Shown here: one piece after another, positions 31,773 to 41,098 of the stretch
How positions within the stretch are numbered: the stretch's first letter is position 1
How the letters are laid out: each line of letters starts with the position of its first letter
Assembly (NCBI GenBank): GCA_913061315.1
Contig: CAJXUC010000001.1
Coordinates: 72,197 to 136,196, forward strand
DNA length: 64,000 nucleotides
Direction of reading: 5' to 3'
DNA from: an uncultured Gammaproteobacteria bacterium
GTDB taxonomy: Bacteria; Pseudomonadota; Gammaproteobacteria; GCA-001735895
The notes under the pieces: generated by a model
The model's database searches: none
Told to the model about the DNA's origin: nothing
Seen by the model: only the letters and a program-made list of their open reading frames with translations
Made by a program: the position numbers and the translations under genes

Positions 31773-33158
31773 CTAGCCTGAAAGCTTTTGGTGAACTGTA
31801 TCCAGTGCTAACTGATAGCGGTCAAACATGTCGTTAATCTGCGTTTCAGTTATTATCAGTGGTGGGCAAACACCCACACCATCACCCGGTAACGCACGCG
31901 TAATAAGGCCATGCTGACGCGCGGCAGCCATTACTTGTGCAGCAACTTTGTCACTGGGTGGGAATTGCTCCTTAGTCGATTTATCTTTGACGAGTTCGAA
32001 AGCACCAATTAAACCAATGCCTCGCGCATCACCAACTAAAGGATGCGATCCGAATTCGCCAATACGTTTCATGAACGTTTTAGAAACAGTTCGGACGTGT
32101 TCTAGCATATTGTCATCACGATAGATATTCAAGGTTTCTAGGGCTACCGCAGAGGCTACCGGGTGGCCGCCATAAGTATTGCCGGTCCCAAATACGCCAT
32201 GTGTGTTACTGCCACTAACAAAGGCATCGTACATTCTCTCACTGATCAGAACAGCACCAATAGGTTGATAAGCGGATGATAATTGTTTGGCGCAGGTAAT
32301 CATGTCTGGCTTGATGTTGTAGGTATCACAGCCCCACATGTTTCCAGTCCGGCCAAAACCACAAATGACTTCGTCAGCAACAAACAGGATGTTATGTTTT
32401 TTTAACACGGCCTGTACTTTTTCAAAATAATGGGCGGGTGGAATAAGAACGCCACCAGCACCCATAACCGGTTCAGCGAAAAACGCACCGATCGTATCTG
32501 GATCAGCATCAAGAATTTGCTGCTCAAGCTCATTCACGATGCGGTCGGTAAACTCGGCTTCACTTTCTCCATCCCGACCATTTCGATAATAATGGGGTGT
32601 TTCGCAATGCATCACGTCTATTGCGGGTAAATCAAATCCATTCTGTGCGTAAGGCAATCCAGTTAAGCTACCAGCGGCAACGGTAACACCATGATAAGAG
32701 CGTTTTCGAGCAATCAGGCGCTTCTTTTTGGGTAGTCCCAATGCGTTAAAATAATACCAGACCATCTTGATTGCAGAATCAACGGCTTCCGAACCAGAGT
32801 TAACTAAAAATGCACGGCTAATGCCTTCAGGTGCAATTTCCACCAATCGCTCACTGAGTTCAATGGCGGGTTGGGTCGAACGATGACTGAAAAGATGTGA
32901 ATAAGGTAATTTTTTAAATTGAGCCATTGCTGCATCAACCAAGCGGGATTCACTAAAACCCAACGAGGTACACCAAAGTCCAGACATGGCTTCGACTAGA
33001 CGATTGCCTTTATCATCATCAACATAGATACCCTCACCACCCACGATGGTGAAAGGTCCAAGGTCTTCGTGCCCACTGAGGTTGGTAAAAGGATGAAGAA
33101 CGTACTTCCTATCAGTATCTGCTGAGGTATTAGCTGAATTTGGGGCAGAATTATTCAC
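31773..33158 (-). CDS. class-III (omega-amino-acid:pyruvate-type) PLP aminotransferase
   Basis: Close collinearity with Vibrio-type omega-transaminases by recall (…NSGSEA.D…KMVW…; …FFAEPVMGAGGV…; …DEVICGFGRTGN.WGC…; PLP-lysine context TCAK). The six-frame ORF begins with TTG at 33188; a GTG at 33158 preceded by GGAG is the more likely start. Confidence 0.85.
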   Translation of the reverse strand: MNNSAPNSANTSADTDRKYVLHPFTNLSGHEDLGPFTIVGGEGIYVDDDKGNRLVEAMSGLWCTSLGFSESRLVDAAMAQFKKLPYSHLFSHRSTQPAIELSERLVEIAPEGISRAFLVNSGSEAVDSAIKMVWYYFNALGLPKKKRLIARKRSYHGVTVAAGSLTGLPYAQNGFDLPAIDVMHCETPHYYRNGRDGESEAEFTDRIVNELEQQILDADPDTIGAFFAEPVMGAGGVLIPPAHYFEKVQAVLKKHNILFVADEVICGFGRTGNMWGCDTYNIKPDMITCAKQLSSAYQPIGAVLISERMYDAFVSGSNTHGVFGTGNTYGGHPVASAVALETLNIYRDDNMLEHVRTVSKTFMKRIGEFGSHPLVGDARGIGLIGAFELVKDKSTKEQFPPSDKVAAQVMAAARQHGLITRALPGDGVGVCPPLIITETQINDMFDRYQLALDTVHQKLSG

Positions 33159-33432
33159 GATCAATCTCCGGTTAGTGCAACGAATCAATTTGATCCATCT
33201 GTTGGTAAAATGCGTCAGTTAAATAGACGCCTACTTTACCAGCAGTAAAATTAGCAGGCGGTTTCTGCAAAAGAGACTGCAAGACTTAGAGTATAAAACT
33301 TAAAGGCCCCTTATTCAAAGAATTATAAAAGGCCTGTTTACTAATACCAAATGGGTCAACTCAATGCATATTGGCAAACTGAGTTGAAAGCTATTGAATT
33401 CAATTGACGACTGATTTAGGTAAAAATTATCC

Positions 33433-34641
33433 TCATTTCCAAGGTTCTGGGCCCTCTGGTATAACTGTATTTTTACCACGAACAATATCACCCTGTTGAT
33501 CATACATTGGCAGTGAACATAGTTTTGCTCTATGAACCTCACCGTCAATGCACATCACATTAAGATCCGTGTCGGTAAATGTTCCATTATCGTCTAAACG
33601 GACAATTGCAACACCACATTGTTGAAAAGGAGACCAAGAAGAAGAAGTAACCATACCGATATTATTACCGTTAAATGTTAAGCTACGGCCTCGCTCAGCT
33701 ATGCTATCGTGAACTCGCATGCCGTAAGTTCGGTTTTTTTTATTCGATTTTTCCAAGGCTACACGTCCAATAAAATCAGCTTTTTCCATATTAATGAAAT
33801 GGCCTAGCCCCGCTTCAAAAGGTGTCGTCATCTCTCCAAAATCGGTATGGCTGAGTAATCCGGCTTCAATTCGGCGGGCACGGAATACCGGAGTACCTGT
33901 CAGCATCATTTGGTATTTCTGACCCAATTCCCAAATACGATTACCGATGGCCTCTGCGTCATTTTCGGGACGAAGGTAAAACTCCCAACCAAGTTCATTC
34001 GAAAAACCAGTCCGTGTAATAATAACGGGCTGGCCAGCAATGCTCACTTCAGCAATATCGAAGTAACGCCAAGGGTCGGGGAAATCATCATCAATCACAT
34101 CTTTTAATAAATCCATGGCTCGTGGACCTTGTACCTGACTAACCCAAACGTTGGGATCAGAAATAGTGACATCCAGATCACCTATATGAGCCATGTACCA
34201 CTTGGTCAGTTCACCATCGGCCTGGGCCATCCAGAACTTGTCTTCAGCCAGCCTTAACAAAACGCCATCATTAATCATACAACCATTATGATATAGCGCA
34301 AAATTATAGGAGCACCGACCCACTTTTACGCCACTGACGTCTCTTGCAAAGACACGGTCAGAAAATTTTTCAGCATCCGGTCCACTGATTTGAACGGGGA
34401 ATTCACCCGTATTCCGAAGGATTACTTTTTGACGAACGGCCCAGTATTGTTCGTCATCAGTCACATTGTTTAAATGCTCTGGCGTCATGCGGTTATTATA
34501 AAGCTGATATTCTGGATCAAAGGGTAACTCCAAATAAGATAAAGGATGCACCTTCATACCTGAGGCCAAATGATGAGGACGTGCCCCTTTGGCTGGCAAC
34601 GCTTTTATTGCGTAGCGTGATTTTACAATGTCATCATGCAT
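33433..34641 (-). CDS. GcvT/aminomethyltransferase-family folate-dependent protein (demethylase-like; DmdA-like hypothesis)
   Basis: 402 aa. Aligns block-for-block with GcvT (…ISGPDAEKF…VGRCSYNFALYHNGCMINDGVLLRLAEDKFW… vs GcvT …L.G…FL…DV.KL..GKA.YS.MLN..GGVIDDLIVYY..ED.F…; …TRTGFSNELGWEFYL vs TTGYTGEAGYEIAL; …RIEAGLLSHTDFGE vs RLEAGMNLYGQEMDE). No P/H/L glycine-cleavage partners nearby. Confidence 0.8.
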   Translation of the reverse strand: MHDDIVKSRYAIKALPAKGARPHHLASGMKVHPLSYLELPFDPEYQLYNNRMTPEHLNNVTDDEQYWAVRQKVILRNTGEFPVQISGPDAEKFSDRVFARDVSGVKVGRCSYNFALYHNGCMINDGVLLRLAEDKFWMAQADGELTKWYMAHIGDLDVTISDPNVWVSQVQGPRAMDLLKDVIDDDFPDPWRYFDIAEVSIAGQPVIITRTGFSNELGWEFYLRPENDAEAIGNRIWELGQKYQMMLTGTPVFRARRIEAGLLSHTDFGEMTTPFEAGLGHFINMEKADFIGRVALEKSNKKNRTYGMRVHDSIAERGRSLTFNGNNIGMVTSSSWSPFQQCGVAIVRLDDNGTFTDTDLNVMCIDGEVHRAKLCSLPMYDQQGDIVRGKNTVIPEGPEPWK

Positions 34642-34767
34642 AGTAAGGGACCGTCAATATTTAATTAGTGTGTTAATAAATTGAGCTGGCGTAATACTAG
34701 TTATGCCAGTAGCTTGAGTTGGAAAAGCAAGTGGTTGGCCAAATTAATCTTAATATCAGTCATTTAC

Positions 34768-35853
34768 TCACTCGTTGATTAATGGTTTAAAAGAAGTATT
34801 GATGCGATTGATAATTGTCCAGATAAAGTTGGCTCTAGCCCCGCCAAGAAGGTCTTTAGCTTTGTTGCGCTGCTTTGCTTCGCGTAATTCATAGTCAATA
34901 GCACGGTTAAGATCATGGCCTATATTCAATGCAATCTGACCAGGTCAATATAATCGCAGTTGCGCCATAGTTTTAGACAGTGTGTCGTCATACTAACCGT
35001 GACCCGATTACAAATTTCAAGCAGGCACGGATTTTTACAAGCTGCATCAGAAAAGGTCTCTTCTCGTCTGGTGTCATATCCTGCCAGAACCATCTTGTGC
35101 TTCACGGAGGGCCTCAAGCATGGCGTGCTTGCCATGGCAGCTTGTGTGAAATTTATGTTGTACTGATTCAAAAATATAGTCTGAACTGGGTTCATACCAC
35201 ATTGCCGGTTTATGAGCCTCACTGGCATGCGTTGTAGAAAAGCCCTGAAGCGTATTAATGGTATCTGGGTTGGTGAAAAAACCATCTGCGGTTAGGATGG
35301 CTACCTCAATCCCATTTGAAGCTGCCATATCTGCAGGATAGGGTTTACCCATTGTGCCAAATTGGGCCTCGATGCCTGGATTACGGGTCGCACAAAGTCC
35401 AAGGGCGTGAGTTGTCTGCTCAACACTCAATTCCAGAATTCGACAGGCTACTTCAGAGTCAATCAAACCAGCATCAATAAAATTATCGATCGAATTAAGG
35501 CCTATTTTTTCAGCCGTCGCCATTACAGCTGGTATGACAGCAACGCTCGGATGGCCAAAATTAAGAAAGTGTGTATCGTCGTAATGGAATGGGTGAGAGA
35601 TTGCGCCGTTATAAAGAGCTGCAGCACGTGCAGATAACGTCACCCGACTGCCAATAATACTGGCCTGCGGTGAACCGCCTTCGTCAAGTAGCATTTGGAG
35701 AACGATTCGGCTGACTGGCTCATCACGCCCAACGATAACAACTGTAATCCAGTCTCTTAAAGATAATTCCGCTATCTTACGAGCGCTTTTCGGGGTCAAC
35801 GTGCGTTTAGTGTTAATCGCAAAAGTAGCAATTTTCTGGCTAATACCCATCAA
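34768..35853 (-). pseudogene. MmgE/PrpD-family (2-methylcitrate dehydratase-like) gene interrupted by at least two frameshifts
   Basis: ORF 35074-35853 carries the MmgE/PrpD N-domain (…LSLRDWITVVIVGRDEP…GHPSVAVIPAVMATAEKIG…HKFHTSCHGKHAMLEALREA) and stops. The reading continues in a second frame (ORF 34926-35285) and then a third frame (…IGHDLNRAIDYELREAKQRNKAKDLLGG…* ending ~34768). Confidence 0.55.
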
Positions 35854-35877
35854 GCGTAGACTATTCAGTGAGGCTAT

Positions 35878-37035
35878 TTAATAAGATCGCGGCATGCCCA
35901 GCACATGTTCGGCAAGGTAGCTGAGTATCATATTGGTCGAAATCGGAGCAACTTGATATAAGCGCGCCTCACGAAATTTGCGTTCAATATCGTATTCCAC
36001 CGCAAAACCAAAACCACCGTGAGTCTGCACACAAGCTTCAGCTGCCGCCCAAGAAGCATCAGCCGCTAACATTTTAGCCATGTTAGCTTCCTCACCTGGA
36101 TTACCACCAGACTCATAGAGGCGAATGGCTTCTCTTAATACCAATTCTGCTGCACGCATTTCTGCATAAGCTTTTGCAATTGGAAACTGCACACCTTGGT
36201 TCTGACCAATTGGCCTGCCAAAAACCGTGCGTTCACTGGCGTAACGGCTGGAGGTATCAGTGAACCATTTGGCATCACCAATACACTCAGCGGCAATAAG
36301 AATACGTTCGGCATTCATGCCAGAAAGAATATAACGAAAGCCCTTACCCTCTTCACCAATAAGGTTCTCAGCTGGCACCCTCACATCGTCAAGAAATACT
36401 TCAGTGGTGGAGTGGTTCATCATGGTTTTTATTGGACGAATGGTAAGTGAATTTTCATCGCAATCGCGCATATCAACGAGTAGCACAGACAGGCCATCTG
36501 TTTTTTTCGCAACTTGATCTAGGGGTGTAGTTCGGCACAATAACAACATTAAGTCTGAATGTTCCGCACGCGAGGTCCAAATTTTCTGACCGTTAACAAT
36601 ATAGTCATCACCGTCTCGTCGAGCCGTAGTGCGCAGTGCAGTGGTATCGGTGCCACTACTGGGTTCAGTTACGCCAAAGGCTTGAAGTCGCAAGCTACCA
36701 TCGGCGATACCGGGCAAAAAGCGTTGTTTTTGTTCTTCTGACCCATGACGTAATAAAGTACCCATAGTATACATCTGTGCGTGGCAGGCGGCTGCATTGC
36801 AACCCTCGTGATGAATAGTCTCGAGGATCGCAGAAGCTGCCGAAATAGGTAATTCTGATCCGCCATAAGTTTCAGGTATTAACGCCGCTAAATAGCCTGA
36901 TTCTGTAAGTGCTTGCACGAATTCGATTGGATAGGCTTGTGTTTGATCTTTTTTGCGCCAATAAGCGCCATCGAAGTCTTTGCATAGCCGGCGCAATCCT
37001 TCTCTAATTTCTTCATGGTCAAGTTCATATTTCAT
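35878..37035 (-). CDS. acyl-CoA dehydrogenase family protein
   Basis: 385 aa ACAD fold (…LRLQAFGVTEPSSGTD…, …GEEGKGF…, C-terminal four-helix bundle with catalytic Glu region …YQVAPISTNMI…). Its ATG overlaps the stop of the upstream CoA-transferase by 1 nt. Confidence 0.88.
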   Translation of the reverse strand: MKYELDHEEIREGLRRLCKDFDGAYWRKKDQTQAYPIEFVQALTESGYLAALIPETYGGSELPISAASAILETIHHEGCNAAACHAQMYTMGTLLRHGSEEQKQRFLPGIADGSLRLQAFGVTEPSSGTDTTALRTTARRDGDDYIVNGQKIWTSRAEHSDLMLLLCRTTPLDQVAKKTDGLSVLLVDMRDCDENSLTIRPIKTMMNHSTTEVFLDDVRVPAENLIGEEGKGFRYILSGMNAERILIAAECIGDAKWFTDTSSRYASERTVFGRPIGQNQGVQFPIAKAYAEMRAAELVLREAIRLYESGGNPGEEANMAKMLAADASWAAAEACVQTHGGFGFAVEYDIERKFREARLYQVAPISTNMILSYLAEHVLGMPRSY

Positions 37036-38195
37036 TATTTGGTACCTAATGGGCTGAATTCAGTTCTAAGTGAATCACCCTGTTGATTTAACAAGGGCAC
37101 AATTTTAGGACGTGCCACATCGGTTTTCACGGGCAGATCCGCCATTTTAATGGTGACTGCACCAAACTGTGCTTCAAACTCACGTAAAAATTCATGTTCA
37201 GACAAGTCATCGACACTGCTCAATTGACCGCAAGCAATTTTATTCAGGTTAAGTAATTCGATCAGCTCAACTCGGGTCTTTTGAGAAAATAGAGCGTCGA
37301 TCGTTTGGTGTACCTCATCGCGATTAGCGACACGGTCCGTGTTGTCTTTAAATCGCGGGTCATCAGCCAGCTCAGGTTGGCAAAGCACCGTTTCGCAAAA
37401 AACTCGCCATTCCCGATTACTCTGAATCGCGATCAAAACTTGAGCCTCATCTCGACTAGTGAAAGCACCATAAGGTGCAATTAATGCATGCGTCAGGCCG
37501 AGTCGCTTCGGAGCACCACCAAAATAACGTTGTGCCATCAGCGGCATGTTCATCCAGTCTGCCATTACATCAAACATCGAAATTGATAAGTCAATGCCTT
37601 CACCAGTTCGACTGCGTTGTAATAAGGCACGTAAAATCGCCGAAAATGCGGTTAAACCTGTACCGATGTCACAGATTGATATGCCAACGCGTGTCTCATC
37701 TTCGGCCGTGCCCGTTACCGAACAAATGCCGCTCTCGGCTTGCACTAAAAAGTCATAAGCTTTTTTATTGGCTGCAGCACCAGAGTTACCATAGCCATTA
37801 ATTTCACAACAAATTAATTTCGGGTTTTGCTGACGTAGGGTGTCACCATTGAACCCACGCCGTGCTAAAGCACCGGGTGCAAGATTGTGTAAAAAAACAT
37901 CGGCCTCACGCAGCATATTAAGCAACAAGTCAACATCCTCCGTCTGGTTAAGGTCGATACAAATCGATTCCTTACCACGGTTAAGCCAAGCGAATATACT
38001 GCTATTACCATCGGCACCGCGGTCATAGGCTCGCGCAAAATCGCCTTCTTTTCGTTCGACTTTAAGCACTCTGGCACCCGCATCCGCCAGCAGCAAACCA
38101 CAATAAGGTGCCGAGACAGCTTGCTCGATAGAAACCACTAAAAAGCCATCAAGTTCGCGATTAAGTCCCATACATTTCCCCATTAGACAGAACAT
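37035..38195 (-). CDS. family-III CoA-transferase (CaiB/BaiF/Frc/itaconate-CoA-transferase type)
   Basis: CoA-transferase III signature N-terminus (…LDGFLVVSIEQAVSAPYCGLLLADAGARVLKVERKEGDFAR…) and interlocked-dimer fold length. The start may be the internal MGLNREL (38171). Confidence 0.85.
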   Translation of the reverse strand: MFCLMGKCMGLNRELDGFLVVSIEQAVSAPYCGLLLADAGARVLKVERKEGDFARAYDRGADGNSSIFAWLNRGKESICIDLNQTEDVDLLLNMLREADVFLHNLAPGALARRGFNGDTLRQQNPKLICCEINGYGNSGAAANKKAYDFLVQAESGICSVTGTAEDETRVGISICDIGTGLTAFSAILRALLQRSRTGEGIDLSISMFDVMADWMNMPLMAQRYFGGAPKRLGLTHALIAPYGAFTSRDEAQVLIAIQSNREWRVFCETVLCQPELADDPRFKDNTDRVANRDEVHQTIDALFSQKTRVELIELLNLNKIACGQLSSVDDLSEHEFLREFEAQFGAVTIKMADLPVKTDVARPKIVPLLNQQGDSLRTEFSPLGTK

Positions 38196-38288
38196 AAAGA
38201 CTATGCGTGATTGGGATCAATATAAATATTAGAAACTATAGATAGGTGCGATAACATTTGATGATACCAAGATTGACGATTAAACTCA

Positions 38289-39218
38289 GTGGTTATGGAT
38301 CTTAAACAAATTAAAACATTTATTTGCGTCGCAGAGTCAGGCTCCTTAAGCAGGGCATCAGACCGGCTACACACAGTTCAGCCAGCGTTATCGCGCCAAA
38401 TTAAACTGCTTGAACATGAAATTGGAGTCGACTTGTTTACCCGCCATGTGCGCGGTATGGAATTGACGGAAGCAGGACAGGCATTTTTCGATAGAATGAC
38501 GGGACTTGTACGTCAAATTGAAACCTCAGTGCATGACATTCAATCCATGCGAGGGAAAATAAAAGGGCACGTGGCACTTGGCATTATGCCAACTATTAGC
38601 ACCGTATTGTCGGTCAGACTAATGCGGCGAGTAAAAGAAGAGTTCCCTGATATAGAGTTACGTATTGTAGAAGGTTACTCAGTCCATCTGCTCGAATGGC
38701 TTCAGCGTGGTGATATCGATGTAACGTTTCAGTATGGTTCCTCAAGTGATTATCATTTGCGCAGCGAAGACATGTTGTTCGAAGACATCGTGCTAATCAG
38801 TGCACCCAATTCACTACCTGAGATATCAGCTGAAGTCAGCCTCGAAGCCGCCTCAAAATTGCCCTTGGCGTTACCCAGTGAATCTTTTGGTTTACGACGC
38901 GTGCTCGAATCAGCCGGCGCCGCCAACGGTGTCTCAATTACACCAAGCTATCAAGTCGACTCATTTTGGGTGATAAAGTCACTGGTAGAGTCAGGTATAT
39001 GTCATTCACTCATGCCGGTTTCATCAGTTTTAGAGCAGGTCGAGGCAGGTTTAATTGAGACCCGACAGATCACACCACCAATCCAACGCCAGATTGTTTT
39101 ACTGACACCGAATGACCGTGTCAATACTCGGGCGACGGATGCCGTCATAGGTTTGTTAAAAAAAGAAGTGGATGAGATGATAGCTTGTGGAGAATGGCCT
39201 GCGGTCGCTATTTCATAG
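38289..39218 (+). CDS. LysR-family transcriptional regulator (divergent from the CoA-transferase operon)
   Basis: 309 aa. N-terminal LysR wHTH (…LKQIKTFICVAESGSLSRASDRLHTVQPALSRQIKLLE…) plus LysR substrate-binding domain. Confidence 0.88.
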   Translation: MVMDLKQIKTFICVAESGSLSRASDRLHTVQPALSRQIKLLEHEIGVDLFTRHVRGMELTEAGQAFFDRMTGLVRQIETSVHDIQSMRGKIKGHVALGIMPTISTVLSVRLMRRVKEEFPDIELRIVEGYSVHLLEWLQRGDIDVTFQYGSSSDYHLRSEDMLFEDIVLISAPNSLPEISAEVSLEAASKLPLALPSESFGLRRVLESAGAANGVSITPSYQVDSFWVIKSLVESGICHSLMPVSSVLEQVEAGLIETRQITPPIQRQIVLLTPNDRVNTRATDAVIGLLKKEVDEMIACGEWPAVAIS

Positions 39219-39355
39219 TTTGAAGTAAAGTCTGTTAAAAACGTAGGGTTCTATTATCAAATAATGGCATAGTGAGGTTAACCCCATTCTATTTGTATTA
39301 TGTTAATTTGTGCTCATAATCCTAACACTTGATAATTTACTCTCGGTGCACACTG

Positions 39356-40222
39356 ATGAATGTCGAACAACGCCCGGTTAAATCACGCAGAAGCTTTATT
39401 TTTTCACCGGGACTTAAGCCAGAAATGTTTCCTAAAGCACTCGCTTCAGGTACCGATATTGTTTGTGTAGAACTAGAAGATGGCATCGCGCCCAAAGACA
39501 AATCAGAAGCTCGCCTTAAAGCATTGCAACTATTCGAAACCCCTCAAGCAGATGACGGTGTTGAGCGAATTGTGCGCATTAACAGCATGCGAGAATCATT
39601 TGGTATTGCGGATGTGCAAGCGATTCTGGCCACTAAGACACCACCGCCTGCTCTGATGATGCCCAAGGTTAAAAATTCAGATGAAGTTATTATGTTGGAT
39701 AATTTGCTAACCGAGGCTGGACATGACACGCGACTACATATCATCATCGAAACCAATGCTGGGCTAGAAGCCTGCTTTGACATTGCCCATTGCAGCCCTC
39801 GAATCGACGCGTTATTTTTTGGTGGTGTCGATATGGCTGCCGAATTGAGATGTGAAAACGCTTGGCAACCATTGCTTTACGCGCGCTCGCGGGTTGTTCA
39901 TGCCGCTGCTTCCGCGGGGCTTGATGTGGTCGATGTTCCCTTTCTGGACTTAAACGATCCTGAAGGTATGGTTTTAGAAGCGCAACAAGCAAAATCGTTG
40001 GGTTTTTCTGGAAAAGGGTCGATTCACCCAAAACAAATTGCCGAACTGAATGCTGTTTTCACCCCAACGGATGAATCAATAGCCCGTGCGAAACGAATTA
40101 TTGAAACCTTTGAAGAAGCCGACACGGGGTTGGTTGTGATCGATGGTAAACTCATTGAGAAACCAGTATTAAGGGACATGTACCGCATACTTGCTATTGC
40201 TGCCGCAGCCCAAAAAAGCTAA
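39356..40222 (+). CDS. CitE-like / HpcH-HpaI-family acyl-CoA lyase (citrate-lyase beta, malyl-/citramalyl-CoA lyase-like)
   Basis: Start at MNVEQRPVKSRRS…; the ORF extends to 39329. CitE-like pattern: …SFIFSPG…, …DIVCVELEDGIAP.DK…, …HIIIETN.GL…, …FGG.DMAAEL…. Confidence 0.78.
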   Translation: MNVEQRPVKSRRSFIFSPGLKPEMFPKALASGTDIVCVELEDGIAPKDKSEARLKALQLFETPQADDGVERIVRINSMRESFGIADVQAILATKTPPPALMMPKVKNSDEVIMLDNLLTEAGHDTRLHIIIETNAGLEACFDIAHCSPRIDALFFGGVDMAAELRCENAWQPLLYARSRVVHAAASAGLDVVDVPFLDLNDPEGMVLEAQQAKSLGFSGKGSIHPKQIAELNAVFTPTDESIARAKRIIETFEEADTGLVVIDGKLIEKPVLRDMYRILAIAAAAQKS

Positions 40223-40289
40223 AAATCAAAGCTTAAAAAGCTAAACTAAAAATCAAACCATTAAAACCTGTACCTAGAAGGAGTAACCA

Positions 40290-41093
40290 GTGTCATTACC
40301 CTCCAAACATTACGAAACACTGTTAGTAACTGCTGCAGCAGAACACGTATTGCAAATCACCTTAAATCGGCCTGAATCATCGAACGCGTTTAATACACAC
40401 ATGGCACGTGAGATGATCGAGCTAATTGAAGGGCTTTCACTCGACCCTGAAGACAACCGCTGTATTTTACTCACAGGGGCTGGTGAGCGCGCTTTTTGTG
40501 CCGGTGGTGACTTGAAGGAACGTAAAGGCATGACCGATCAAGACTGGGGCAAACAGCATTTGACATTCGAACGCATGGTGCGCGCCATAATCAATAGCCC
40601 GACCCCGATTATTGCCGTGATTAACGGCGCAGCCTACGGTGGTGGATGCGAACTAGCAGGTGCGGTTGATTTTGCATACGCGTCTGACAATGCACGTTTT
40701 GCACTAACCGAAACCTCATTGGGAATTATTCCAGGCGCTGGAGGTACCCAAACACTGGCAAGAGCAATGGGCGAGCGACGTTGCAAGGAGTTAATCCTTA
40801 GCGCAAAACCATTCAGCGCCACCGAGGCATTGCAATGGGGTCTTCTCAATGCAGTCTACCCACTCGCTGATCTATTACCCGCAGCACTTGGTGCCGCAAA
40901 ACGAATTGCTGCCAACGCGCCCATTGCGGTAAGGCAAGCAAAACAATCGATTCATCGGGGTCTGCAAATGTCTTTAGCCGATGGTCTGGCATTCGAAATA
41001 GAAGCTTATAATCGTACCGTTCCAACTGATGATCGCTATGAAGGTGTGCTGGCCTTCAACGAAAAACGTAAACCACAATTTAAGGGGCGTTAA
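40290..41093 (+). CDS. enoyl-CoA hydratase/isomerase (crotonase superfamily)
   Basis: 267 aa. Crotonase oxyanion-hole segments (…LLTGAGERAFCAGGDLKE…, …IAVINGAAYGGGCELAGAVDFAYAS…) and catalytic Glu context (…TETSLGIIPGAGGTQ…). Confidence 0.88.
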   Translation: MSLPSKHYETLLVTAAAEHVLQITLNRPESSNAFNTHMAREMIELIEGLSLDPEDNRCILLTGAGERAFCAGGDLKERKGMTDQDWGKQHLTFERMVRAIINSPTPIIAVINGAAYGGGCELAGAVDFAYASDNARFALTETSLGIIPGAGGTQTLARAMGERRCKELILSAKPFSATEALQWGLLNAVYPLADLLPAALGAAKRIAANAPIAVRQAKQSIHRGLQMSLADGLAFEIEAYNRTVPTDDRYEGVLAFNEKRKPQFKGR

Positions 41094-41098
41094 TTAAA

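Noticed and set aside
33433-34641. Calling the GcvT-family gene simply gcvT (glycine-cleavage T protein)
   Set aside because: There are no gcvH/gcvP neighbours. The N-terminal ~60 residues are extended and divergent relative to GcvT, and the gene is embedded in a CoA-ester catabolic operon, so a dedicated demethylase role is more plausible.
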